Shown: positions 1 to 11,372, counted from the first letter of the stretch. The stretch: 64,000 bases of DNA from Candidatus Latescibacterota bacterium (GCA_965198115.1 OZ240241.1:7168001-7232000); one strand, 5' to 3'. Notes: generated by a model not told the origin, from the letters alone. Made by a program: numbers and translations.

Positions 1-2
1 CA

Positions 3-884
3 TCCCTTTATCTATCGGCAACCAACCGGATTCGTGTGCGGTGCTGGGATACCGACTGGGTGGAGAGCGGTCTGCTTCTGGGTCTGTATCTGCGGGACGA
101 CAGCGGGGTGATGCACCCGATCGTGACGAGCGATGGAACGTGGGAAGGTGTGGGTGGGCCTGTGGAGGAGATCGCGTATGCGCACAGTTTGCCCGACATA
201 CCGGGAGCAGAGGTCGTGTGGGGGCCGCGTGTGTTCGGTATCGTGGAGATGACGAAGACCTTCGACGGCGCCGCGGTGCGAAGTTCGGCGTCCACTGAAG
301 GATCCGTGGCAGGAGGCGCATCTCGTGACATGCGTTACCACGAATTCGTGGCAAGGCTGGCTGTGCTAGAGTCAGAACGGAAACGTCTGTCGGAGGATCT
401 CGCGCGTCTGGCAGTCCCATCTGCCGTGCCTGGATTCGTCGAGGGTGCGGTCGCACCGGGATTGACGCTGGGAAAGTCAGGGCCGTTGGAGGAGGACGTT
501 TCGCACTCCATCTCCGAGGAGGTCGATCGTTGGGTCAAGACGCTGCCCCCTTCTGCCCGAGCGATGATGTATCCCGACAGACGACGGCTGCGTGGGGAGC
601 GTGCGGCGACAGAGGCGGGCGGGTTACCGCCGTCGGCGGCCGAGCCGGGTGAACGCACCCAGAATTATCGCCCTCCGAGCGATCGCCCCAACACGCAGCC
701 GGGCGCAGAAGCCGGGCGTGGTGCCCTCGCGGGTGTCGGATCGGGGGCGAGTGGCAGACCCGGGGCGCTCGGGGGCGGTGGTCGAGCGACGCGTCTCGGA
801 CTCCTGATCCCGACGGTCATTCTGTCCGCCTACGTTCTGTTCGCGGTCGGTCACTTGCGAAGAGAACGCGGGGAGACCGCGTGA
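3..884 (+). CDS. Membrane-anchored hypothetical protein (5' end outside window): possible jelly-roll-like N-terminal domain, short coiled coil, Gly/Pro linker, C-terminal TM helix
   Basis: Frame is open from position 3. Hydrophobic C-terminal stretch LGLLIPTVILSAYVLFAVG. Stop overlaps the GTG of the next gene (GTGA at 881-884). Confidence 0.6.
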   Translation, partial: SLYLSATNRIRVRCWDTDWVESGLLLGLYLRDDSGVMHPIVTSDGTWEGVGGPVEEIAYAHSLPDIPGAEVVWGPRVFGIVEMTKTFDGAAVRSSASTEGSVAGGASRDMRYHEFVARLAVLESERKRLSEDLARLAVPSAVPGFVEGAVAPGLTLGKSGPLEEDVSHSISEEVDRWVKTLPPSARAMMYPDRRRLRGERAATEAGGLPPSAAEPGERTQNYRPPSDRPNTQPGAEAGRGALAGVGSGASGRPGALGGGGRATRLGLLIPTVILSAYVLFAVGHLRRERGETA

Positions 885-1660
885 ACTGGGTCGAAATCGT
901 ACTGGCTGTGGTCTTCGTCGTGGCCTCTGCGATGGCCGGATCCATCGCCCTCATCCGGCGGGCCGAGCTGATCTGCCGTGACGAAGCACGATTCGGGCTG
1001 GTGAAAGGGAATGCCACTCTGATCGGCGCGATGATCGGAGGCCTGGCGGGTCTGTGCGCGGGGGTTTTGCTGGTTTTCTACACCTTCTCCACAGAGCGGC
1101 CGACCAGCTGGATCGAGTGGGCAGGACGGGGCTCGTATCTGTTGATCATCGGAGCGTTCGCCGGCCACCTGAACCTGCTGGTCCATAGTTGGCTCCGTGT
1201 GCTGGACGAAGAGGAGGCAATGAAAGGGTCAACGGGGGATTCGAAGCCTCAACAGCCGACGCTGACCGTCCTCCGTCTGAGCGAGTTCCGGCAACTGCTG
1301 GGAGCTGGATACGCTGAATCGGACTTTCGAACGCGTGATGACGAGGTGGTCGATCGGCTCATCTCCGTGATCGGCGACCGTGTGATCGACGGTCAGCGTG
1401 CCCTCAGTCGTCTCCCGTTCTACGGTTATCTGGGGACCGTCTGCGGTATCCTGCTCATGGCCAACGAGCTGACCCGACTGGATGAGGCGACGGAGTCGTT
1501 CCAGGTGCTGCGAGACATGGCGAGCGGCCTCGTCCTGGCGTTCCAAACGACGTTGGCTGCGCTGCTTGCCTACCTGCCGTTGCGCAAAGCGTTCGACGTT
1601 CTGTTGACGCACATCTCACAAGTGGAACGGGCGTGGCTGGTGATGCGGGATGAGGAGTGA
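881..1660 (+). CDS. MotA/TolQ/ExbB proton-channel family protein
   Basis: Motif LPFYGYLGTVCGI...GLVLAFQTTLAALL matches the P-x-x-G-L-L-G-T-V-x-G / A-L-x-T-T signature. Three extra N-terminal TM helices. Confidence 0.8.
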   Translation: MNWVEIVLAVVFVVASAMAGSIALIRRAELICRDEARFGLVKGNATLIGAMIGGLAGLCAGVLLVFYTFSTERPTSWIEWAGRGSYLLIIGAFAGHLNLLVHSWLRVLDEEEAMKGSTGDSKPQQPTLTVLRLSEFRQLLGAGYAESDFRTRDDEVVDRLISVIGDRVIDGQRALSRLPFYGYLGTVCGILLMANELTRLDEATESFQVLRDMASGLVLAFQTTLAALLAYLPLRKAFDVLLTHISQVERAWLVMRDEE

Positions 1661-1751
1661 GAGACATTAGGAAATTGGGAAATTAGGAAATTGCGGGGAG
1701 TCGGCGATCGGTTCGACTTCCTCGGCCGGATGACAGAATCCGAGGAGCGGA

Positions 1752-2174
1752 ATGCGGCAGCGGTTTTTGAAAAGGGCGGTGACGGAGCTTGAGGAACACG
1801 ACGTCAGCAAGGAGCTGTTCCTGGGGATAATGATGCTGATGTTGACGCTTGGTATCATGATCCTCAACGTCTCCCAGCCCGTATGGCGCGTGCATCATCA
1901 CGACCCGAATGAAGGTGACGCGGTTCTGATCTACACCTCTAAAGGCATCGGGGTTTCGGGGGATGGACAGAGTGTGAGACGGATGCTCAGACCAGGCGAA
2001 TACCGGACCATCGTGGACAATCTCGTTGCCAAGCCTGAGAGGAATCTGCATCTGTTCTTGAAGGGGGGAAGTCGGGAGCGCATGGTGAACGATGCAGCCT
2101 ACGCGGACTCATTGCTCTCCACGTCGGCGACGGGTGAAAAAGTGCGGCCGGCGGTCTTCGTACACATGTGGTAA
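1752..2174 (+). CDS. ExbD/TolR-like single-pass membrane protein
   Basis: 140 aa with one TM helix (LFLGIMMLMLTLGIMIL) preceded by acidic residues. Lies directly downstream of the ExbB-like gene, with RBS GAGGAG. Confidence 0.55.
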   Translation: MRQRFLKRAVTELEEHDVSKELFLGIMMLMLTLGIMILNVSQPVWRVHHHDPNEGDAVLIYTSKGIGVSGDGQSVRRMLRPGEYRTIVDNLVAKPERNLHLFLKGGSRERMVNDAAYADSLLSTSATGEKVRPAVFVHMW

Positions 2175-2434
2175 GGAACGAGATCCCGTGAAGAGCGAAC
2201 GGGAGAGCGGGTGTGGCGACGGCTTCGAGTAACCGGTGGGAGTGGCCGGACCCTGTCCCCGAGCGAAGTCGAGGGAGCCCGCGAACAAAAGCAGAGGACA
2301 GAAGACAGAGGACGGCAGGTTGACGGTGGGCGGGAACGACGGCTTCGCCCTCAGCCTCGTTGCGAATATGAATGTCAGCGGCCGGATCCATTTGGATCGC
2401 GGCCGCTTTTCCTTTTAGAGAAGTCGGGTTGCTG

Positions 2435-3316
2435 TCAGCTGCCGGATTTGACGACGGCGAGGATGCGCTGGCCCTGGAGGGTATCGTCGATGAACGTGAT
2501 CAGAGACTGTCCGGGCGGTCCCTTGCTGACCTCGTATTCTTTTCCTTTTTCGAGTTTGCCGTGACGGTCGCAAAGCGCCTCGAGTTCGCCGTTCAGAGCC
2601 AGCGTTTCGCCCAACGAGATTCGCATCACATCATTGCGGCCCTGACCGTCTAGAACGTCGGGGAATGACTCCACCCGGAAATTCTTCTTGAAGAGCGGGC
2701 GCCAGGTCTTGAGATACCCTTTCTGCTTCAGGTCGTCTTCGGTGCCCTGGATAACGAGCACGGACGTTGCTGCTTCTGAGAGCAACCGCTTTTCCTCGAG
2801 CGCCTGTTCAAGGCCGGATTCGAGGCGGACCAGGCGGACCGTCTTCGAGTAAAGAGCGGTGTTGAGGCTGTCGACTTCGGATTTGAGGGACCGAACCTCC
2901 TCTGTTGCCTGCTCACGTTCGGCCCGGACCTGTTTGAGCTCGTTGACCAGTCGTTCGTTCGCCTTCTTTTGCTCTCCATAGAGCCGTCGGTATTCCTTCA
3001 TCTCGTTCGTGACTTTGCGAAGCGAGCTGAGGAGTACTTTGTTGGACGCTCGTGCGCTGTCCATATGTGTTCGGAGGGTGTTGATCCGGTCGTTCAGGCC
3101 GATGACGACGTTGTCCATCGAATCGATCTGTGCGGTGTAGGTCGCGACCTCAGATTCGAGTTGAACGACGTAGGGATCGACTTCCGGTTCGTCGGGCAGG
3201 AGGGCGATGATGAAGACCACGGCGAGAATCACCGCGCCGATGCCGACGGCAACCAGAACCTTTTTGTTATCCAAACGGGCCTCCGAGAGCTGAACTGGGT
3301 TCCGGGGGTGGGCCAA
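2435..3316 (-). CDS. Membrane-anchored coiled-coil protein (Cbp1-like adhesin architecture)
   Basis: N-terminal TM helix, long heptad coiled coil, and C-terminal VIQGTEDDLKQKGYL resembling the Y-V-x-G-T-x-K-E-L-K motif of Cbp1-family proteins. Confidence 0.6.
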   Translation of the reverse strand: MAHPRNPVQLSEARLDNKKVLVAVGIGAVILAVVFIIALLPDEPEVDPYVVQLESEVATYTAQIDSMDNVVIGLNDRINTLRTHMDSARASNKVLLSSLRKVTNEMKEYRRLYGEQKKANERLVNELKQVRAEREQATEEVRSLKSEVDSLNTALYSKTVRLVRLESGLEQALEEKRLLSEAATSVLVIQGTEDDLKQKGYLKTWRPLFKKNFRVESFPDVLDGQGRNDVMRISLGETLALNGELEALCDRHGKLEKGKEYEVSKGPPGQSLITFIDDTLQGQRILAVVKSGS

Positions 3317-3351
3317 AATAAGGGGCCCACGACTTCGCGAGCAAGGACAAT

Positions 3352-4143
3352 TCAGTCGGTCGCGCCGACCGGCGCAACGCGAGGTCGTTTAAGCACCTTC
3401 CTGTAGACCGAGTCGATAGAGCTCTGCAGGATGACAAGCGCCTCGGTGTGCGCGGCAGTCTGGGATACCTGTCGCTTGAGTTGTTTGATGAAGTCCTTGT
3501 CGACCTTGGCCGCTCGATCGAGGTCTTTGCGGAGGGCTCGCAGGTCCTCTTCCTGGCGGTCGGCGACCGCGGTTTTTCCCGCCAGTTGTTTGGCTGTCTT
3601 ATCCAGGTTGGACCGCGTCTTTCGGTGGGCCCCTCTTTCGTCGTCGAGTACCGACATTGTATCGGAATGACGAGCGCGCTCCGTGTTGAGGCTGCCGCGA
3701 TAGGCCGTATGCGCGTCTCTTTCCCGGTCGCGGTCGTGCTCCACCCGCTTCAGGTTGTGATGTGTTTCGGTGAGCAGCCGCTGGGTGACGGCGTGTTCCG
3801 CCCTTTCCTGCTGCAAGTTCCCTCTGACTTCCATTTCAGATTGGGTCAGCTCGGCTTTCTCTTCGATCTGCCCCATCAGGCGCTCGGTGATTTCGCCCAG
3901 TCGAATACGAAAGTTATCCACCTGCTCGCTCAGCAGCGCCGTCGTATCGGAGAGCGCAGCCTTTTGCTGCGTCATCGAGGTGTTGATGACGAGAAAGATG
4001 AGCAACACCGTGACGACACTGAGGTACCCCCCCAACCAGAGGATGTGCTTTTCCTCGATCGGGCTGATCCATTTGAGCAGGGCTACAACACCCGCCCACA
4101 GGAGGACGAGTCCACCGAAGACTGTGAAGAGGATGACTTTCAT
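3352..4143 (-). CDS. Two-TM coiled-coil membrane protein, unknown function
   Basis: Probable start MKVILFTVFGG at 4143. Two hydrophobic helices are followed by about 190 aa of coiled coil. Confidence 0.65.
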   Translation of the reverse strand: MKVILFTVFGGLVLLWAGVVALLKWISPIEEKHILWLGGYLSVVTVLLIFLVINTSMTQQKAALSDTTALLSEQVDNFRIRLGEITERLMGQIEEKAELTQSEMEVRGNLQQERAEHAVTQRLLTETHHNLKRVEHDRDRERDAHTAYRGSLNTERARHSDTMSVLDDERGAHRKTRSNLDKTAKQLAGKTAVADRQEEDLRALRKDLDRAAKVDKDFIKQLKRQVSQTAAHTEALVILQSSIDSVYRKVLKRPRVAPVGATD

Positions 4144-4278
4144 TGACCTTCGCCGTGTCGGTCTACGCGCGACGTGTGAACAAACTTGGGCTAATTCTAC
4201 TTGAGGGTCAAGGTCTGCAAAGAACAAACGGGCAGCCGCATACTGCGACCACCCGTTGTGTCTTGATGGATGCGTGGA

Positions 4279-5124
4279 CTAGCCGAAGGTGGCCAGACGC
4301 CGCCCCTGCCGAGACTGCCGGATGCGCTCCAAGGCTTCTTCTTTGAGTTGGCGGACCCGTTCGCGGCTGACACCGAGTTCGGCTCCGATCTGCTGGTAAG
4401 TGCGCGGCGCGTGCCCATCCATTCCATAGTGTAGCGCGAGGATGTACCTCGACCGCGGGGCGAGGTTCTCCAAGGCGGCGAGGACTTCGCTCTTGAGGGC
4501 TTTTTCGAACACAGGGGTGTCGACGGGAGGGGCTTCCTCGTCGGCCATTGTTTCGACGAGGGGTACTTCGCCGTCTTCGTAGCGTAGCGTGTCCAGAGAG
4601 AGGCTCTGGTAGGTGGCCCCGAGGGTGTGTCGGATCTTGTCTTCGGTGAAGTCTGTGGCATCGGCCAATTCGCCCTCGGTGGGTTCGCGCTCCAGACGAT
4701 GTCGGAGGGCGACTTGTTCGCGACGGACCTGGGTGAGATCGTTGAGGACGTTGGCGGGAATACGCACGGATCGAGATTGTACTTCTAGGGCCTTTTTGAT
4801 GTTTTGCCGAACCCACCAGACCGCGTAGGTGATGAAGCGAACGCCCTTTTCGGCGTCGAACTTTTTGGCAGCCGTGAGCAGACCCAGGTTGCCCTCGTTG
4901 ATGAGGTCGGCCAGCGTGAGGCCGTGGTTCTGGAACCCCTTTGCGACGTGGATGACGAACCGCAGGTTGGATGCGACCAGCTTTTCGATAGCCAGGGGGT
5001 CGCCGCGGCTTACGCGTTTGACCAGAGCACGTTCTTCGTCGTGGGTGAGGAGCGGATAGCGATCGACATCCTTGTAGTAGGCAGCCAGGGCCCTGTCTTC
5101 GCTGGAACGGTGTCGGGATGTCAC
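4279..5124 (-). CDS. RNA polymerase sigma-70 family factor (RpoD/SigA-like, lacking region 1.1)
   Basis: Region 2 motifs NLRFVIHVAK, DLINEGNLGL, RFITYAVWWVRQ and region 4 IGAELGVSRERVRQL. GTG start at 5124 with AAGGAG RBS. Confidence 0.93.
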   Translation of the reverse strand: MTSRHRSSEDRALAAYYKDVDRYPLLTHDEERALVKRVSRGDPLAIEKLVASNLRFVIHVAKGFQNHGLTLADLINEGNLGLLTAAKKFDAEKGVRFITYAVWWVRQNIKKALEVQSRSVRIPANVLNDLTQVRREQVALRHRLEREPTEGELADATDFTEDKIRHTLGATYQSLSLDTLRYEDGEVPLVETMADEEAPPVDTPVFEKALKSEVLAALENLAPRSRYILALHYGMDGHAPRTYQQIGAELGVSRERVRQLKEEALERIRQSRQGRRLATFG

Positions 5125-5194
5125 TTTGGACTCCTTATATATGGTATGTGTGCCCTCGGGGCGTTGGTAGGGTGACCCCGAATGAACGGCCCAA

Positions 5195-5246
5195 AATATA
5201 CTGCACATACGTATAGGGGTCAACGAAAAAGTATACGTATGTGCAG
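5195..5246 (-). promoter_or_regulatory. Sigma-70 promoter of the sigma gene with an overlapping inverted-repeat operator
   Basis: Minus strand TTGACC-N17-TATATT (5223-5195). Perfect 15-bp inverted repeat CTGCACATACGTATA (5201-5215) / TATACGTATGTGCAG (5232-5246). Confidence 0.65.
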
Positions 5247-5527
5247 GTCATTTCTCGGGTGTCTCTTCACCTCGATTCGTACTCTTATTTTTTGTGTTAT
5301 CTATTTGTTTTTTAAGGAATAGCATGTCATACGTACAGACATCTACAGTGGGAGGCTGCGAGCTGAAGGAGCCAGATTCGGCGGGGGAGTGAAGGAGGTC
5401 CATTTCGCTGGGCGGATTGTTGACAGGTCCAAGCCAAGTGCCGTATGTTCACCTGGTTACAGCGGGAGGGACCTATCCACGTAAGTCTGCGAACGTCTGA
5501 TGACCTGTGACGTGCGGAGAACCAAGC

Positions 5528-6660
5528 ATGAAAAAGGCGATTGTTCTGGGTCTTCTGTTTGTGCAGATGGCCTCGTGCGGCGACGATGTGCTTGTCGTTA
5601 CCACAGTGATCCTCCCCACGGGCGAGCCCGATGCCATCGAGCTGGGCGAGCGTCTGGCGACGTCGGTCACGAGCCTGAATCTCGAAGGGCTATCGGCTTC
5701 GGAGATCAGCCAGGTGTATTTGGGAAGTACCTGGTGAACGGCACGTCCGGCTGCACGGGATGCCACAGATCTACGGCGGGTTACCTCGCGGGTGGCGCCG
5801 AGTTTTCTGCGGGGTTCTTGCCACCCGGGCAGAACGGAAACACGTCTGTCTTCGTTCGAAACCTCACACCGGACCCGGAAACGGGTTTGCGATTGAAGGA
5901 AGCCGATTTCATCGAGGCCATACGAACGGGGAAGGACTTTAAGGACAGCGAGGGAGACCACGTCGAACGGCTGATGTTCATGCCAACACACACCTATCGC
6001 TTTATGGGGACGGACGATCTCCGTGCGATCTATGCCTTTCTCAAGAGGATCCCGCCCGTCCGAAACCCATTGAGAACCGAGTATCTTCCATCGATTCCGT
6101 TCGCTCCGGTGCCGGCGCCGATCCTCCCTGAGGGCAATGTCGACAGAGGACTGGAAATCCCGAGAGTTTTTTCCTCGGGCCCGGAAGCCGATGACTTCGT
6201 TGCCTTCTACGATTCTACGTTGAGCACGCTGTCGTCGGCGGACCTCAACCGGCTGGGACGAGGGAGCTATCTGGTCAACGCCTTCGGTGACTGCAACGGA
6301 TGCCACACGGACGGCGTTCCCGACGGAGATCCCGACAACGGATTGATTCCTCAGTCCTTCGACGTCAATACCGCTCAGTATCTCGCCGGTGGTGTCAACC
6401 TCGGTCCCCGATCGCGTCTGCCGATCGACGTGTTCTCTCGCAACCTGACTCCGCATCTGGACACAGGTCTCAAGCTGAGCGAGGACCAGTTTTTCCAGGT
6501 GATTCGCTTCGGTGCCGATTTCACGAGACCTGGGGGATCGTTGAGGGTGAATCCTCATTTCCCCGCCCGTTTTCGTATGACCCTCGAAGACATTCAATCG
6601 GTCTACACCTTTCTCAGACACATTCCGCCCATCGACAACGACGTGATGGTCACGCCATAG
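5528..6660 (+). CDS. Di-heme cytochrome c lipoprotein (one frameshift near 5720)
   Basis: Lipoprotein-type signal MKKAIVLGLLFVQMASC. Two CxxCH motifs (CTGCH, CNGCH), each in a repeated G-x-YLVN...YLAGG...RNLTP domain. Confidence 0.85.
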
Positions 6661-6669
6661 AGGACTTGC

Positions 6670-7867
6670 ATGCCAAGGCTGATGACAATCCTTTCCGCAC
6701 TATGCTTGATGGGAATCGCTCGACCGTGCGTCGCCCAGGACAAGCTGATCGATCTGATTCCCGGGCTCTACGGGGGCGACGGCATCTTTCTGGCTACGGC
6801 GCAGGTGGCAAGCCACACTGCCCATTTTTCACTGCAGAGCGCGTCTAACATCAACCGATTGAACGAACAGATCGCGGCGGAAGTCGGTGGCTTTCCCTTC
6901 AGCTCGTCGGTCGGCGGCTTCTCCTTTGCCTGATCCAGCCCTCGGGGATTTCGTCGCGACAACGGGGTCACTCGGCCCGCTGATCGCCGAGTTGCCGACC
7001 ACATCGGGCAAGGGCAAACTCAGCGTCAACCTGTCCTATACGTATCTCAAATACAGCGAGTTCAGCGGACAGAGTCTGAACGCTTTCGCGGTCACGCCTG
7101 CCTTGCACCAGCCTACGGCGGTCGGATTTCCCGATACACGGGATCAGTTCGAGAATGATGTCGTTGAAATCGAGATGGATCTGGACATACGCAATCAGAT
7201 TTTCGCTTTTTCGGCCACCTATGGTCTACTCGACCGACTCGATGTGGGTGTGCTACTCCCATTCGCGTTCGTCAATGTAGACGTGCGGGGCGAGGCTCGC
7301 GTCGTCGAATCTACAGAGAACACACTGTTTCCCAACATCCACACCTTCGAAGGCGGCCCCGAACCTTCCGTCGACCGGGTCTCGGGGAGTTCTAACGGGC
7401 TCAGCGATCTGATCGTCCGGGCAAAGTACAACCTGTTCAAAGGTGAGCGCACGAGTCTTGCCCTGGCGACGCTCGGCCAGTTCGGGACGGCCGATCGCGA
7501 GGATTTCCTCGGTACGGGCGATGCTGCCATTCGCCCGTTTCTGATCGCGGCCCGGACTTTTGGCTCGATGACCCCGCACGTGAACGTGGGCTACGAATTC
7601 AACCTGGATCGAAGCGAGCGGAGTGCGCTCGAATACACGGTCGGTTTCGACATCGGAAGCAGCGAGTGGACCTTCGCGGGCGAGTTGCTCGGCAGCCACG
7701 AACTGGACGGGGACGGTATCGGGGACGACATCGTGGACACGGCGTGGGGGGTGAAGTGGAACCCCGTGGGCCGGTGGCTCCTGGCGCTGAACACGCGTCT
7801 GAGCATGAACGACGCGGGTCTGCGGTCGACATTCGTTTCCACGCTGAGCGTTGAACGCGGCTTCTGA
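6670..7867 (+). CDS. Outer-membrane beta-barrel transporter-like protein (frameshift near 6930)
   Basis: Signal peptide, then amphipathic beta strands with motifs GLSDLIVRAKYNLF and PHVNVGY, and C-terminal Phe. Confidence 0.7.
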
Positions 7868-7892
7868 TCCGGTTCTCCTTTCACGGTGGTAC

Positions 7893-8811
7893 ATGCCCGT
7901 TTCCTTTCCCAAACTCTATTGGGTTGTTCGGCTTCTTCTTCTGCTCGCGAGTCAGAGTATTGGAACAGCTCTGGCCGCGGCACAGCCGGTTGCCGTCGTC
8001 AGAAGTCTCGACATGGCCGCCTTCGATCAGGTTCTGGACAGCTTTCGCGAAAGTTGCCCAGACCAGATTGTTGAATTCAACCTGAAAGGCAAAAAGAGCA
8101 ACGGCAAGAAGGTCGCCGAGTCGATCCTCAAGGCGAATGCCAGGGTGGTGATTGTTGCTCGCCGCGCGCGTGATACAGGAAGAGTTGCCCGACACACCGC
8201 TGCTCTACTGTATGGTGTCCCGCTACGGGTTGGTCGGCGAAAATACGGTGGGCATCAGTCTCGACGTTCCGGGGGAGAAGCAGTTTTCTCTGTTCAAGGA
8301 CGTCGTACCCGGTCTCAAAACCATCGGGGTGCTTTACGATCCAGAGAAGAGTGGGATACTCGTGACGGATGCGGCCGAAGCTGCGGAAAAACTGGGGATC
8401 GACCTCCTGCGCGTGTCCGTTTCGTCACGAAAGAAAGTGCCTCAAGCTCTGAGAGGCATGCTGGGCAAGATCGACGTGCTCTGGATGGTGCCGGACGACA
8501 CCGTCCTTACGACGGATTCCTTCCGCTTTCTGCTCGTCACTTCTTTTGAAAACCGGCTGCCCCTGATGGCGATCTCTGACATTTTCGTCAAAGTGGGAGC
8601 CCTGGCTTCGATCACTCCAGATCCTGGTGAAATCGGTCGCCAGGCCTGTGAGATGGTTGCGCAGTATGATCGTGGCGAACTGAGCCTGTCGAGCGTTGAT
8701 GTGGTACCACCGACCGGAGCGAATCTGGTGATCAACGTGAAGACGGCAGAAAAGATCGGTCTGACCGTCTCGCCGGATGTGCTGGCGACGGCCAGTAAGG
8801 TCTACGAATGA
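7893..8811 (+). CDS. ABC-type substrate-binding protein (ABC_sub_bind), probably a sensor accessory (frameshift near 8155)
   Basis: Motifs KTIGVLYDP, IDVLWMVPDDTV, FVKVGALAS and LVINVKTAEKIGL. No permease nearby; followed by a histidine kinase. Confidence 0.8.
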
Positions 8812-8842
8812 CCACGATGTCTGGCAATTTCGGAGGAGGGGA

Positions 8843-11252
8843 ATGAACTCTCTGAAGTTCAAGGCGATGGCCTTCATTACCGTGGTCATCATGGTCGTCG
8901 GCGGGGCGCTGAGCTGGTATTTCCTTCGCGAGGGCGAGAAGGTCCTGAAAGAGGAACTGCAGGGGCGGGCGATCGCGTTGACGACCAACCTCGCCCACAA
9001 CAGCCGCTACGGCATCCTGACGGAGGATGAAATCATCCTTCAACGTTTGATCGACGGTTTGATCAGGGATGATGACGTGATCTACGTGGCCATACTGGAT
9101 ATCGACGGCGTGGTGCTGGCCGAACGGTTTAAGACCGGTATTGAGGGTTCGACACCCGATTCCGAAGACCTCGCGACCGACCTAGCCGAGCGAACGCGTG
9201 CGGGGTCCGAACCGTCGATCCGTCTCTACTGAACAGCAGATCTTCCCGATCTCGGGGATTTACCACGCCGTTGCTCCGGTTGTCGCCGAAGCGTCGTCGG
9301 AGAGCGCTCAAGAGGCCGAACTCGCCACAGCCCTGTCGATGCTGGGGGAAACGGCGGAAGAGGAAACCGGGCCGGACCAGTATGGCAGCGTGCAGGTGAT
9401 GCTCTCGCTCGAGGAGATGGAGCACGGCATCCAGCAGGCCCTGGTCGCCGGCGTCGGGTTGACGCTGGCCACGATGTTGATCGGAATACTGGGATCGTTC
9501 GTGTTCGTGGGCTATGCGCTCACACCGGTTCAGGCGATGGCCAGGGCCGCGAAGGAAATCGCTGGCGGCGATCTTTCGCAACGCGTGGGCGACCGTCGAT
9601 CGGACGACGAGATCGGCGTGCTGTCGACGGCCTTCAACGACATGACCCAGTCGTTGAGAGAGATGACGCGCGCGCAGCAGGAGCTCAACGCATCCCTCGA
9701 AGCGATGGTGGACGAGCGTACGCGAGAGCTGCTCGAGGCCAAGGAAGCGGCCGAAATCGCCAACCAGGCCAAGAGTGAATTCCTGGCGAACATGAGTCAC
9801 GAACTCCGGACACCGATGAACGCGATCATCGGCTACAGCGAGATGCTGATCGAGGACTCTGAAGATCTGGATGACGACGCCTTCGGTCCCGATCTCAAGA
9901 AGATCCGTGCCGCCGGTATCCATCTGCTGGGTCTGATCAACGATGTGCTCGATCTGTCCAAGGTGGAGTCGGGAAACATGGACCTCTTCCCGGAGTGGTT
10001 CGACCTGGGAGCTATGGTTCAGGAAGTCATTTCGACGCTCCAACCACTGGTGGAGCAGAACAACAATGTGTTAGACGTGGCTTGCCCGCCGAGTGTCGGA
10101 GAGATGTTCTCCGATCAGACCAAGGTCCGACAGATCTTGTTCAACCTCCTTGCGAATGCGTGCAAGTTTACGGAAAAGGGCACGATCACGGTCGACGTGA
10201 GCCGGGAGGAAGACGGGGAAAGGCCGAGCGTAGTGTTTCGCGTGGCGGATTCGGGGATCGGTATGGACGAGGAACAGATGGAGCGACTCTTCCAGCCCTT
10301 CACCCAGGCAGATTCCTCGACGACGCGAAGGTTTGGGGGAACCGGTCTGGGTCTGAGCATTTCCCGTCAATTTTGCCGTCTGCTGGGTGGGGAGATAGGG
10401 GTTCAGAGCGAGATTGACGAAGGCACGACCTTCACCGTGCACTTGCCTGCCCAGATGCTCACAATCGAACAGCGGGGGGCTCCCCCCGAACCCTCGGCTT
10501 CCGATTTGAGGACCGGGCCCTCTCTGCTCGTGATCGACGACGACCCGATCGCCCGCGATGTGGTGGAGCGCCTCATGCGACGGGAGGGTTTCCGCGTCGA
10601 GACGGCTTCGGGTGGCCACGCGGGGCTCGACCGGGCGAAGGCAATACGGCCGGATGTGATCATTCTGGATGTGATGATGCCTGACCTCGATGGGTGGTCG
10701 GTCCTCCAGCGGCTGAAGGTCGACCCGGCCCTTGCCGAGATCCCCGTGGTGATGTTGACGATGGTGGACGACAAGGGTCGTGGGTTCACCCTGGGCGCAT
10801 CCGACTATCTGACGAAACCGATCGATCGAGATCGGCTGTCCGCCGTCCTTCGGAAGCATATCAAGGAGCAACCGTTCAGCATTCTAGTCGTCGAGGATGA
10901 CGGGACGACGCAAGAAATGCTACGCAAGCTGTTGAACTCGGAGCCGTGCCAGCTGATGGAGGCAGAGAATGGCCGCGATGCCCTGCGGGTGATCGAGGAG
11001 AGCTCGCCGAACCTGATTCTTCTCGATCTGATGATGCCGGAGATGGATGGATTCGAAGTCGTCGACCGACTGCGGCACGACGAGCGCTGGCAATCGATTC
11101 CCATCGTCGTGGTCACGGCCAAAGACCTGACGAACGAAGACCGTGCGCGACTCAACGGCTACGTCGAGCAGGTGATTCAGAAGGGGTCCTACACGCAGGA
11201 ACAGATTCTCGAAGAGGTCCGAACCAGGGTGGCGGCACACATAGAGCATTGA
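8843..11252 (+). CDS. Hybrid sensor histidine kinase: TM-HAMP-HisKA-HATPase plus two receiver domains (frameshift near 9225)
   Basis: H-box [13 protein letters not shown]-box [11 protein letters not shown]-boxes DSGIGM and GGTGLGL. Two REC domains (DVMMP, DLMMP). Confidence 0.92.
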
Positions 11253-11372
11253 AGATAGAACATCGAGAATTGTCGGTATGCGGAGTCCAAAATGAGAACC
11301 CCGCGGATCATTCAAATTGAATGTCTGCGGGGCCTGCTTTTACGCTCCATCTTCGTACTGCTTCCTTCTCAC

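Noticed and set aside
881-2174. Zorya ZorA/ZorB defence system
   Set aside because: No long ZorA cytoplasmic tail, no OmpA-like domain in the partner, and no ZorC/D/E visible.
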